This document shows, piece by piece, positions 26,142 to 33,487 of a stretch of DNA of 56,716 nucleotides. Location: positions 1 through 56,716 of the forward strand of contig CAYOZB010000002.1 in the NCBI GenBank assembly GCA_964408365.1, read 5' to 3'. Each line of letters opens with the position of its first letter. Positions within the stretch are counted from its first letter, which is position 1. A program made the position numbers and the translations under genes. The notes under the pieces are model-generated. The model had not been told where the DNA came from, searched no databases, and was given only the letters and a program-made list of their open reading frames with translations. Origin of the DNA: an uncultured Halobacteriales archaeon. GTDB taxonomy: Archaea; Thermoplasmatota; E2; JACPAO01.

Positions 26142-27134
26142 ATGAACTGGTTCTCCGCGTCCGCGGTTGTAGTGATGGTCGCCTGTTCCGCATGCCTCGC
26201 CCCCGGCGCGGCGACGGATGCAAGACCGCCGGACATCAAGGTCGACGCCGAAACCGGGGCGATCTCCGGCTCTGTCATCACACTCGACCTCCAACCGGTC
26301 TTGGGCGCGACGGCGACGGTGGTCGGCACACCTATCACCACGACCACGGACGAAGCGGGACGGTTCATCCTCGGATTCGTGCCGCCGGGGAACCAACGCG
26401 TGCGGCTCGAGTTTCCTGGATTCCAACCGGAAGAGCGGCAGACCGTCGTGGAGCCCGGGGAAACGACACCAGAATTGTTGTTTACGCTCGTCGAGATCGG
26501 CCGCGTGGTCCCCTACCACACGACCACCATCCACAAAGTGCTCGTGAGTGGATACTCCTTCACGGTGCCAAAGGACTGCATCTACGTGACGCCAGAGTAC
26601 AAGTCGTGCCAAGGATCGTTGTCGGATTGCAACCCGGACGAATGCGAAATCCATTACGGACACTGCGGCGACGACGGCGACTACTCCAATTGGGGCTGCG
26701 ACTTCGGCCTCGGATGGAAAACGATCGTCGCCGAACTCGACTCCCAACCCTCCTCCGCCGTGACGGGCCACGGCTGGAGCTTCACGGTGCTCGGTCCGAA
26801 CGTGTCGCGCGCGGGAGGCGATTCTGGCGCCGCGGACAATGGCGAGAAACGTGCGTGGCGGACGGTCGCCCGAGCCCCCATCTACACGTGGATCGACCAG
26901 GCCGAATTGGAGCGACGGCAAGTCCTGGAGCAAGATTGGTGCGGCGGCATCGACATCGCTCCCGGGCGCTGCGACTGGGTCTGGCGCGTGTTCCCTGGAC
27001 CTTGCGAGATCCAAAGCTGCGACTTCCCTGCCGGAAACATCGGCTTCATGCAAGAACAGGCCGCGACGATCTATTTCTCGTACTTCATGCACGAGCCCGC
27101 GCCGCCCGAATGGAGCGCTCGTCCGGATGCTTAG
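26142..27134 (+). CDS. secreted (lipo)protein, CarboxypepD_reg-like domain plus Cys-rich PDA-tail domain (family member C)
   Basis: ATG at 26142 gives MNWFSASAVVVMVACSAC. GAISGSVITLDLQPVLGATATVVG...DEAGRFILGFVPPGNQRVRLEFPGF. Ends ...TIYFSYFMHEPAPPEWSARPDA-stop. Its stop overlaps the stop of the convergent DASS gene. Confidence 0.7.
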   Translation: MNWFSASAVVVMVACSACLAPGAATDARPPDIKVDAETGAISGSVITLDLQPVLGATATVVGTPITTTTDEAGRFILGFVPPGNQRVRLEFPGFQPEERQTVVEPGETTPELLFTLVEIGRVVPYHTTTIHKVLVSGYSFTVPKDCIYVTPEYKSCQGSLSDCNPDECEIHYGHCGDDGDYSNWGCDFGLGWKTIVAELDSQPSSAVTGHGWSFTVLGPNVSRAGGDSGAADNGEKRAWRTVARAPIYTWIDQAELERRQVLEQDWCGGIDIAPGRCDWVWRVFPGPCEIQSCDFPAGNIGFMQEQAATIYFSYFMHEPAPPEWSARPDA

Positions 27135-28576
27135 CGCACGACGCTCACGATCACGTACACGACGACCGTGATCACGACGATGCTGACGAGATTCATCAGA
27201 AAGCCGACGCGGGCCATCTTTCCCAAAGTGAATTCGCCCGAGCCGTAGACGATCGCGTTTGAGGGCGTGCCGACCGGCATCATGAAGGCGCAGCTTGCGC
27301 CGAAGGCGATCGGGAACGCGAGGAACCACGCGTCCCGTCCGACGGCAATCACCAGCGCGCCGGCAATCGGTAGGAGGGTCGCGGCGGTGGCGGTGTTGCT
27401 CATGATCTCGGACGCGAACACGGCGACGATCGCGAGGATCAACATCAGGAGGATGAGGGACAGGGCGCCGAGTCCGCCCAGGCGGTCCGCGCCCCACGTC
27501 GCGAGGCCGGAGCGTTGGATGCCGGCGGCGAGGCTGAGCCCGCCGCCGAAGAGAATCAGAAGTCCCCAGGGGACCCGCAAGGCGGTCTGCCAGTCGAGAA
27601 GGAATTCGCCGCGCCGCAGGTTGGTCGGCACGAGGAACGTCAGCAACGCCCCCAGCATGGCCACGCCGGTCTCGTCGAGGAGGAAGCCGGGGATGCGGGA
27701 CAAGAAGGGAAGCGTGACCCACAAGGCCGCGGTTAACAAAAAAATAACGGCGATGGAGATCTCCGCGCGGCTCATCGGCCCGAGTTTCTCTTTCTCGTCG
27801 CGGATGTCCTCGTGCCATCCATCGATGGCGCCGCGGGGGACGCGGAACGCGACGCGCGTGAGGATGAACCAGGCCGCGGGCAGCAGGATGAGGATCAGCG
27901 GAACGCCGAGTTTCATCCAGTCGAGGAAACTGGGCCGTTCTCCGAAGGACTGGTCGAGGAACGCGACGGTCAGCGCGTTCGGGACGGTGCCGACGAGTGT
28001 TCCCAACCCGCCGATCAATGTGGCGTAGCCGATCCCGAGCATGAGGGCGGCGCCGAATTCGCCGCGGCCTTTGCCGACGAGTTGGATGATGGAGACGCCG
28101 ATCGGGAACATTAGGAGTACGGTGGAGGTGTTGCTGACCCACATGCTCATGACGGCCGCCGCGACCATCACCCCGCCGACGATGCCCGCGGGGCTTTCGC
28201 TCGCGGCGCCCAGGATCACCAGCGCGATGCGTCGATGGAGCCCGTGTCGCTCCACGGCGAGTGCGATCATCATTCCGCCCAACAGGAGGAAAATGACGGG
28301 ATCCGCGTAGGGCGAAGCGGCTTGGTTGATCTCGCCTAAACCGAGAAGCGGGATCAGGATGAGGGGGACGAGTGCAGTCGCGGCGATCGGGAGGGCTTCG
28401 GTGATCCACCACGTCGCCATGAGGAGCGCGAGGCCGAGGACGTTCCAGCCTTGCCGGGAAAGGCCCTCGGGGGGCGACGAGAGAAGGACAATAACGAGGA
28501 GCGCAGGACCGAGGACGAGTCCGATCCTCGGACGGAGACCAAAGCGAGGCGCTGCTTCCTTCTCCACCTCCGCCAC
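27131..28576 (-). CDS. DASS/SLC13-family anion:sodium symporter (di/tricarboxylate or sulfate type)
   Basis: 481 aa, polytopic. WWITEALPIAATALVPLILIPLLG and FMMPVGTPSNAIVYG hairpin motifs. Confidence 0.85.
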   Translation of the reverse strand: MAEVEKEAAPRFGLRPRIGLVLGPALLVIVLLSSPPEGLSRQGWNVLGLALLMATWWITEALPIAATALVPLILIPLLGLGEINQAASPYADPVIFLLLGGMMIALAVERHGLHRRIALVILGAASESPAGIVGGVMVAAAVMSMWVSNTSTVLLMFPIGVSIIQLVGKGRGEFGAALMLGIGYATLIGGLGTLVGTVPNALTVAFLDQSFGERPSFLDWMKLGVPLILILLPAAWFILTRVAFRVPRGAIDGWHEDIRDEKEKLGPMSRAEISIAVIFLLTAALWVTLPFLSRIPGFLLDETGVAMLGALLTFLVPTNLRRGEFLLDWQTALRVPWGLLILFGGGLSLAAGIQRSGLATWGADRLGGLGALSLILLMLILAIVAVFASEIMSNTATAATLLPIAGALVIAVGRDAWFLAFPIAFGASCAFMMPVGTPSNAIVYGSGEFTLGKMARVGFLMNLVSIVVITVVVYVIVSVVR

Positions 28577-28652
28577 GCGTTCGGATGGGGGACCGCGTTT
28601 AAACAGCCGGCGATGGGCCTTCCCGTGTCTCTCGGAGCAAGAGCCATTTGCT

Positions 28653-29042
28653 TTGGTGTCGGAACGCGGAGAAGATCCGCCCCGTTTCGTCGTGGGCGAC
28701 GGTCGAGAACTCGGCGTTCTCAGCGGGCGCGGCGGCGATCGCCCATTCGAGCACCGTGTGGGCGATCAGAGCAATTGCGTCACCACCGCTTGTTACTCGG
28801 AACAGGTCGGCAACTCGCCCGTGCGGATCGAATTCCGACCAGGGCTCCGGTGGCACGATGCGGATCCGTACGAGCCGTTTCCCGGTGACGCGGGGCATGC
28901 GTTCAACTTGTACCTGATGCCGCCGTTTGGGACCGCCGAGACCCCGTTGTTGCTGTACTTGGATCAACGGACGGACACGTTTCTGACGTTCTTCTACAAC
29001 CGTGAAGGTTCGCCCGGCTTCACGGCTTTGCCCGACGCTTGA
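28653..29042 (+). pseudogene. 5'-truncated relic of a PDA-tail family gene (member D)
   Basis: Only the C-terminal ~130 codons lie outside the DASS gene. VGNSPVRIEFRPG matches TGSSPVRIYTDMDG of member B, and the relic ends ...DTFLTFFYNREGSPGFTALPDA-stop. No signal peptide or CarboxypepD_reg part. Only TTG/GTG starts (28653/28656) are available. Confidence 0.45.
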
Positions 29043-29281
29043 TCAGCTCGGCTTCGGCGGCGACCGGTTTCGCTGGGCCGAATTCTTTCCGGCGTTGCTT
29101 CCGACGTCGTGGACCATCCGACCATTTTTTCGGCGAGGCATCCCACCATCGAAAAGGCCGGGAACGTGGAAAGATGTTCGGCGGAGGCTTGCCGTGGAAC
29201 ATCAGGTTCTTCTAGAAGTCCTTCATCCGAAGCGCCGTGGCCGACGCCCCCGCATCGAGGCAACCCAACCGACCGCTTGCC

Positions 29282-29458
29282 ATGGTTCTGCTGATCATCA
29301 CCGTCCTCGGGTCCATCTCGATGGTCTCCCTGGGAACGTGGCATCTGCTCGATGGGAGCCGGTTGACCGGGTTCGCGTGGCTTTCGTCCGGCGTGTTGTG
29401 GTTCGTGTTCTTCAGTTGGATCTTCCGCGCGACCTTGCGCCCCGGCCCGCAAGGCTAG
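29282..29458 (+). CDS. small two-TM membrane protein (58 aa from the ATG; 73 aa from the upstream GTG at 29237)
   Basis: MVLLIITVLGSISMVSLGTW...FAWLSSGVLWFVFFSWIF. Strongly GC-rich third positions. Confidence 0.4.
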   Translation: MVLLIITVLGSISMVSLGTWHLLDGSRLTGFAWLSSGVLWFVFFSWIFRATLRPGPQG

Positions 29459-29551
29459 GCGCAGTCGGCAAACGCGGGCGGCACGACGACGTGCGCGAAG
29501 TTGGTTCTGAGCACATGTATGCTGACCGGAGCCGATTGCCCAGCGGCCCGT

Positions 29552-30331
29552 TTACTGGAGGGGTGGTTGGGGCTGGAATTCGGGCGGACTGGAAGGCTCC
29601 GGCGACGTCGCGGGGGCAGGCGGTGGGGGTTGTGGTGCAGAGACCAGCGGCGGCGCCGGGGCACTCCAGTTCGCTTTCGTCGTGTCGATCACGATCGTCT
29701 TCGCGATCCGGTCGCTCGCACGTTGGTCGTCGTTCTTGAACGCGACCAAGTAGAAGATGACGTCAAGCAACAACAGGAAGGGCAAGGACTTCGCGATGTT
29801 GCGGATGAGCGCTCCTTCCATCGTGACGGGCCGTCCGTCGACCATCACTGTCCGCAGGTTGAAGACCATCTTTCCGATCGTCTGGCCGGTCTTCATCTCG
29901 AAGAGCACGAAGTAGCCGAACGCGATCGCGACCCAGGCGATGTTCCCGAACGGCCCGAAACCGACCACCACAAACATCCAGCCGATCGTCATGTAGAACA
30001 GTCCGGTGAGCACGACCAGGACCACGACGTCGACGAGGAACGCGAGGAACCGTTTCGCGAAACCCGCGCGCGGGTTCGCGGAGACGCGCGCTTGGAGGAA
30101 CGCGGCGGAGACGCCGGGAGCGCCGCCGAGTTCGGTGACGACGGCTTGGGTGTCCGCGAGCGTGATGTATTCGCCACCACGGTCTTCGACGCGGCGTTCG
30201 GCCTTCTCGTGGAGGTGGCTGAGGATCTCCCAATGCAGGCTGCTTCGTTGTTCCGGGGCGAGTCCCGCGTTCTGCAGGATTCCGGAGACGAATTCGTGGC
30301 TCCACGCGCGTGCGTGCTCGTCCATCTTCAT
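29552..30331 (-). CDS. RDD-family membrane protein with N-terminal helical (DUF1700/HAAS-like) sensor region
   Basis: ATG at 30331 overlaps the padR stop (ATGA). RDD core FAKRFLAFLVDVVV...GQTIGKMVFNLR...SDRIAKTIV. Pro-rich C-terminal tail. Confidence 0.7.
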   Translation of the reverse strand: MKMDEHARAWSHEFVSGILQNAGLAPEQRSSLHWEILSHLHEKAERRVEDRGGEYITLADTQAVVTELGGAPGVSAAFLQARVSANPRAGFAKRFLAFLVDVVVLVVLTGLFYMTIGWMFVVVGFGPFGNIAWVAIAFGYFVLFEMKTGQTIGKMVFNLRTVMVDGRPVTMEGALIRNIAKSLPFLLLLDVIFYLVAFKNDDQRASDRIAKTIVIDTTKANWSAPAPPLVSAPQPPPPAPATSPEPSSPPEFQPQPPLQ

Positions 30332-30744
30332 TTCTTCAATCCTCCGTTGAGTAACCGGTTGAGCGACTTGGTGTAGTTCGTCCACGTGGCGACCATGGCC
30401 TCGTGTTGTTGGATGCCGGCGGTGGTGATGCGGTAATATTTTCGCGGGGGGACGCCGGGTTCGATCTCACGCCAGTACGAGGCGACCGCGCCGTCGCGTT
30501 CGAGTCCATGGAGGGCGGGGTACACGTTTCCTTCCGCGAGGGCGAGTTCGCCGCCGGAGTGGCTCGCGAGTTCGCTGACGATCTCGTACCCGTAGCGGTC
30601 TTGTTGGCGGATGAGTTGCAGGATCGCGAGTTTTGTGCCGCCGCGCTTGAGTTCGGCGATCCAGCGGTCGCTGTCCGGAGCAGGGGCAGCGGGGGGCGGT
30701 GCGGTGGTCGCGGCGTTCATCGCAAGATCCTCAGAGTTCTCCAT
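30328..30744 (-). CDS. PadR-family winged-helix transcriptional regulator
   Basis: LAILQLIRQQDRYGYEIVSEL...GNVYPALHGLERDGAV...PRKYYRITTAG. Confidence 0.85.
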   Translation of the reverse strand: MENSEDLAMNAATTAPPPAAPAPDSDRWIAELKRGGTKLAILQLIRQQDRYGYEIVSELASHSGGELALAEGNVYPALHGLERDGAVASYWREIEPGVPPRKYYRITTAGIQQHEAMVATWTNYTKSLNRLLNGGLKK

Positions 30745-30865
30745 GTCGGGCGGTCAGGAAGAGTACTGTGGCAGCCCGCATACCTTTCCAGGAAAGGTAG
30801 ATGCTGAGACGATATAGATGTTTCGGGCAGCTTGTCGTTGAGGAATTCCGTGGCAGGCCGCGTGC

Positions 30866-31651
30866 TCACGTCGGCGGGACGCGTTCGAACGTCACGTCGT
30901 AACCGAGATTGTGGTAGGCGGGAAACGGCTGGGGGTACGACGTCGGCGCGGGGGCAAAGTCCGCCAAGGCTGCCCCGACCGCCGCGCCGTTTGCGTAGAA
31001 CGTGTAGTCGGAGAAAGACAATAGGAAGAGCTCGAGACCCTTGTCCGAGTCGCCGATGTAGGCGGCCATCGTGCCGGCGTTCCCAGCGCTCGGCGTGCCG
31101 GCCATGACGCTGTTCCAAGTGTCTGGACCTCCACCAGCGTCGAGCGAGAGCGACGCGCGCGCCTTGGCGTTCGGCCCTGCCGCCGAAAACCCGAGGTTGA
31201 CTTTTCCCGTCTCATTATCCAGGCGCGGACCGAAACCGTGGATCAGCGTCTCGGACTCCGTGACGAGAACGCCGATCCATACGTACGAGGAGACGTTCTC
31301 GTAGCGCAGGGAGGCGGAAGGTTCGACGGCGATCATTACGAAGAAGGCCGTGGGATCCTCAATGGTCTTCGTTCCGACCTGGGCCGTCTTGCACGACATC
31401 GCCGTGATGAGGATGTTCGCAAGTTGTCGGCCAGCATCGACGTACTGCGGTTGGAGGCCGTCCATGTCGAATCCAGAGACATCGGCTGGATAGTAGAAGT
31501 CGAGCTCGTCGCACGCATAGAACGCAAGCTGCTTCGGCAACGAGGACGACTCGGTGGGTGCGGGCGAGGCCGAATCGTCAGGCGAGTCTCCTGGGGGCGT
31601 CGCGCAACCGGCCGCAAGGACCAACGATGCAAAAAACAAGGCGGCGCGCAT
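30866..31651 (-). CDS. lipoprotein, no recognised domain (possible CxE-family member)
   Basis: MRAALFFASLVLAAGC lipobox. 261 aa. Confidence 0.55.
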   Translation of the reverse strand: MRAALFFASLVLAAGCATPPGDSPDDSASPAPTESSSLPKQLAFYACDELDFYYPADVSGFDMDGLQPQYVDAGRQLANILITAMSCKTAQVGTKTIEDPTAFFVMIAVEPSASLRYENVSSYVWIGVLVTESETLIHGFGPRLDNETGKVNLGFSAAGPNAKARASLSLDAGGGPDTWNSVMAGTPSAGNAGTMAAYIGDSDKGLELFLLSFSDYTFYANGAAVGAALADFAPAPTSYPQPFPAYHNLGYDVTFERVPPT

Positions 31652-31697
31652 GCTCTTCGAAGTTGCGCGGCACGCTTTTAGCTCTTCCCGAAGGCCG

Positions 31698-32264
31698 CTA
31701 CTTGTCGTCGTGGCGCTTCAAGACGCGCACGTTCTCGCCCTTGACCGTGACCGGGATCGGCACCATCGCTTCGAAGAGCTCGACCGTGATCTCTTCCTTC
31801 GCGTCGTCGATGCGGGTGACCTTCGCTTTTTCGCCGCGGAACGGGCCCGAAACGAGTTCGACGATGTCTCCTTCGCTGATCTTCGCGACCGCGGAGACGG
31901 GCGTGAGGAAATGCTCGATCTCGGCAAACGGTACAGGGTCCGTGAGCATGGTGCGAGCGTAGGAAATGATCTTGATGACGCGTTCCAGGGCTTGGACGTC
32001 GTCGGCTTCGCAGAACACGTAGCCGCGAAGTTCCTGGGGAGCGAGCACGGAGTGGACGCCCACTTTCATCTTGCGGGCCTTGGCGACGACGAGATCGGCG
32101 ACGGTGCGCTCTTGTCCGACCTGCGTCTTGATCGCGAACACTTTCGGGTCGCGGTCCGTGGGAGCGGGCAGCTCGACCTTCTTCTCCTCTTTCTTCGGGA
32201 GCTCGGGGGTCTTCTCCTCCCCGATCATGATGCCAAGACTGTCTTCCGTGTCGTCCTTGTTCAT
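31698..32264 (-). CDS. spt5: transcription elongation factor Spt5 (archaeal NusG)
   Basis: NGN domain FAIKTQVGQERTVADLV, KOW motif GDIVELVSGPFRGEKAKV. ~40-aa Lys/Glu-rich N-terminal extension. Confidence 0.9.
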   Translation of the reverse strand: MNKDDTEDSLGIMIGEEKTPELPKKEEKKVELPAPTDRDPKVFAIKTQVGQERTVADLVVAKARKMKVGVHSVLAPQELRGYVFCEADDVQALERVIKIISYARTMLTDPVPFAEIEHFLTPVSAVAKISEGDIVELVSGPFRGEKAKVTRIDDAKEEITVELFEAMVPIPVTVKGENVRVLKRHDDK

Positions 32265-32968
32265 GGTGGTCGCCTCTGTCGATGGCTGCCCCTCCCGCAG
32301 GTAGGTTACCTCAAAAAGGGGCGATTCGCGGTAGAAGGGACTCGTATTTTAGCGTTTGCCGCGTGCGCCAGTAAATCGGAGAGGTCCTTCGAGCCGCTCA
32401 AGTACCCGGCCCCCTAAGAATGACGTCCGGCGAGATCAAACCGAATCAGAAATGAAGGGGATCGCCTCGGCTTAAGGGGCAGTTTGGGAATTCAGCGATT
32501 CAATCTCGTTGCGCCCCTTTCCGATTTACCGGTGTGCGCGTCGGATTCGTGCACCCAATCGGGCGCACGGCCGCCGGGCGACGCCTCGGCGCGCCGCGCG
32601 TAAGACGAGCGCCGATGAAGCCATGACCGAGCGCCGTGCTCGCAAGGCCCGAGATTACCCAACAAATACCGTTTCCTTTTGAACAATAGAATTCTGGTGC
32701 AACCCAAGCGCGGAAGGGGGAGGGCAAATTTTCGTTGCCAACCCACCACCCACCCACACTCCCCCTTCCGTGGCTTCGTCCAACCCGGCCAAATCCCATG
32801 ACGGTCTGACGCGGGTCTTGTGGGGATTGCTTTTCCAGTTCCTTGCGCGGGCGCAGTCACGTGCGTTCCGATCCACAAGCGCGGCACGCCCGCGCGTTCA
32901 GTTACGGGCGGCTCCGCTCAACAAAAAAACAACTCCCGGGAAGCGATCCCATCTCGGCTTGAACGTGC
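32265..32968. other. ORF-free, helix-rich spacer between secE and spt5 (candidate structured RNA, class unknown)
   Basis: No protein-like ORF in any frame. Perfect stems at 32711-32722/32759-32770 (12 bp), 32845-32853/32887-32895 (9 bp) and 32474-32480/32513-32519 (7 bp), separated by A/U-rich linkers. Confidence 0.3.
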
Positions 32969-33397
32969 TTACACGACGTTGAGCAAGCCCATGATCCACG
33001 TCATGAGCAGGAAGACCAAGAACCCGATCAATCCGAGCACCAGGATGCCGAGCCCGGTGATCTGGCTCGCTTTCTGGAACTCGTCGGGCTCAGGTTTTCG
33101 CGCCATCTTCAAGACGCGACCGTAACGGCCGTGTCCGACCCGCTTGAGGCGGTTCTCGACGCGGTACTGGGTGTCCCAGGCCTTGTCCACGAACGATTTT
33201 TGGGGACCGTGCTGCACGTGCGGGGCCGGCCTGGGTTTGGCCGGGTGTTCCTTCTCGATCTCTTCTTCGATCTCTTCGATGGCCTTCTTCGCTTCGCGCT
33301 CGGCGACTTCCGGTGCGAGCGTCGACCGGGGCATGTCCTCGTCGTCTTCCTCCTCGACCGCGGGGGGGAAGGGATCAGGCTTTCTCGAAGATTCCAT
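32969..33397 (-). CDS. secE: preprotein translocase subunit SecE (Sec61-gamma) with long acidic N-terminal extension
   Basis: The C-terminal ~55 aa RVLKMARKPEPDEFQKASQITGLGILVLGLIGFLVFLL is the canonical SecE module. It is preceded by ~85 aa rich in E/D/K/P. Confidence 0.75.
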   Translation of the reverse strand: MESSRKPDPFPPAVEEEDDEDMPRSTLAPEVAEREAKKAIEEIEEEIEKEHPAKPRPAPHVQHGPQKSFVDKAWDTQYRVENRLKRVGHGRYGRVLKMARKPEPDEFQKASQITGLGILVLGLIGFLVFLLMTWIMGLLNVV

Positions 33398-33487
33398 CGG
33401 GAACGGGCCGCGCTAAAGGCTTCTCCTTCTTAAGCGTGGCGGGGTCGCGCCGTCTCTTTTCCATCGGCGCGGCGACGAACGGGATTC

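Noticed and set aside
26064-28412. 782-aa minus-strand ORF, the longest in the window, spanning PDA-tail member C and most of the DASS gene.
   Set aside because: Its composition is extremely Arg/Pro/His/Gly-rich (RRRGDGRGGRHEH...). It runs in an alternative frame over the well-supported DASS transporter and antisense to the PDA-tail gene. It has no recognisable motif.
28326-28652. Upstream part of ORF 28326-29042, which would give the PDA-tail relic a 238-aa product.
   Set aside because: This part overlaps the N-terminal coding region of the DASS transporter on the other strand. It is Arg/Ser/Pro-rich, has no signal peptide and shows no similarity to the other family members.
32265-32968. 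I tried to classify the secE-spt5 spacer as RNase P RNA, SRP (7S) RNA or a tRNA.
   Set aside because: A GGAAAGGGGC/GCCCCUUAAGCCG pair looks superficially like the RNase P P4 strands, but the two halves are only ~45 nt apart. There is no ACAGAA element and no GAGGAAAGUCC. No GGAA-tetraloop plus AGCA helix-8 pattern of SRP RNA was found, and no T-loop (GTTCGAATC-like) for a tRNA. I therefore report it only as an unclassified structured region.
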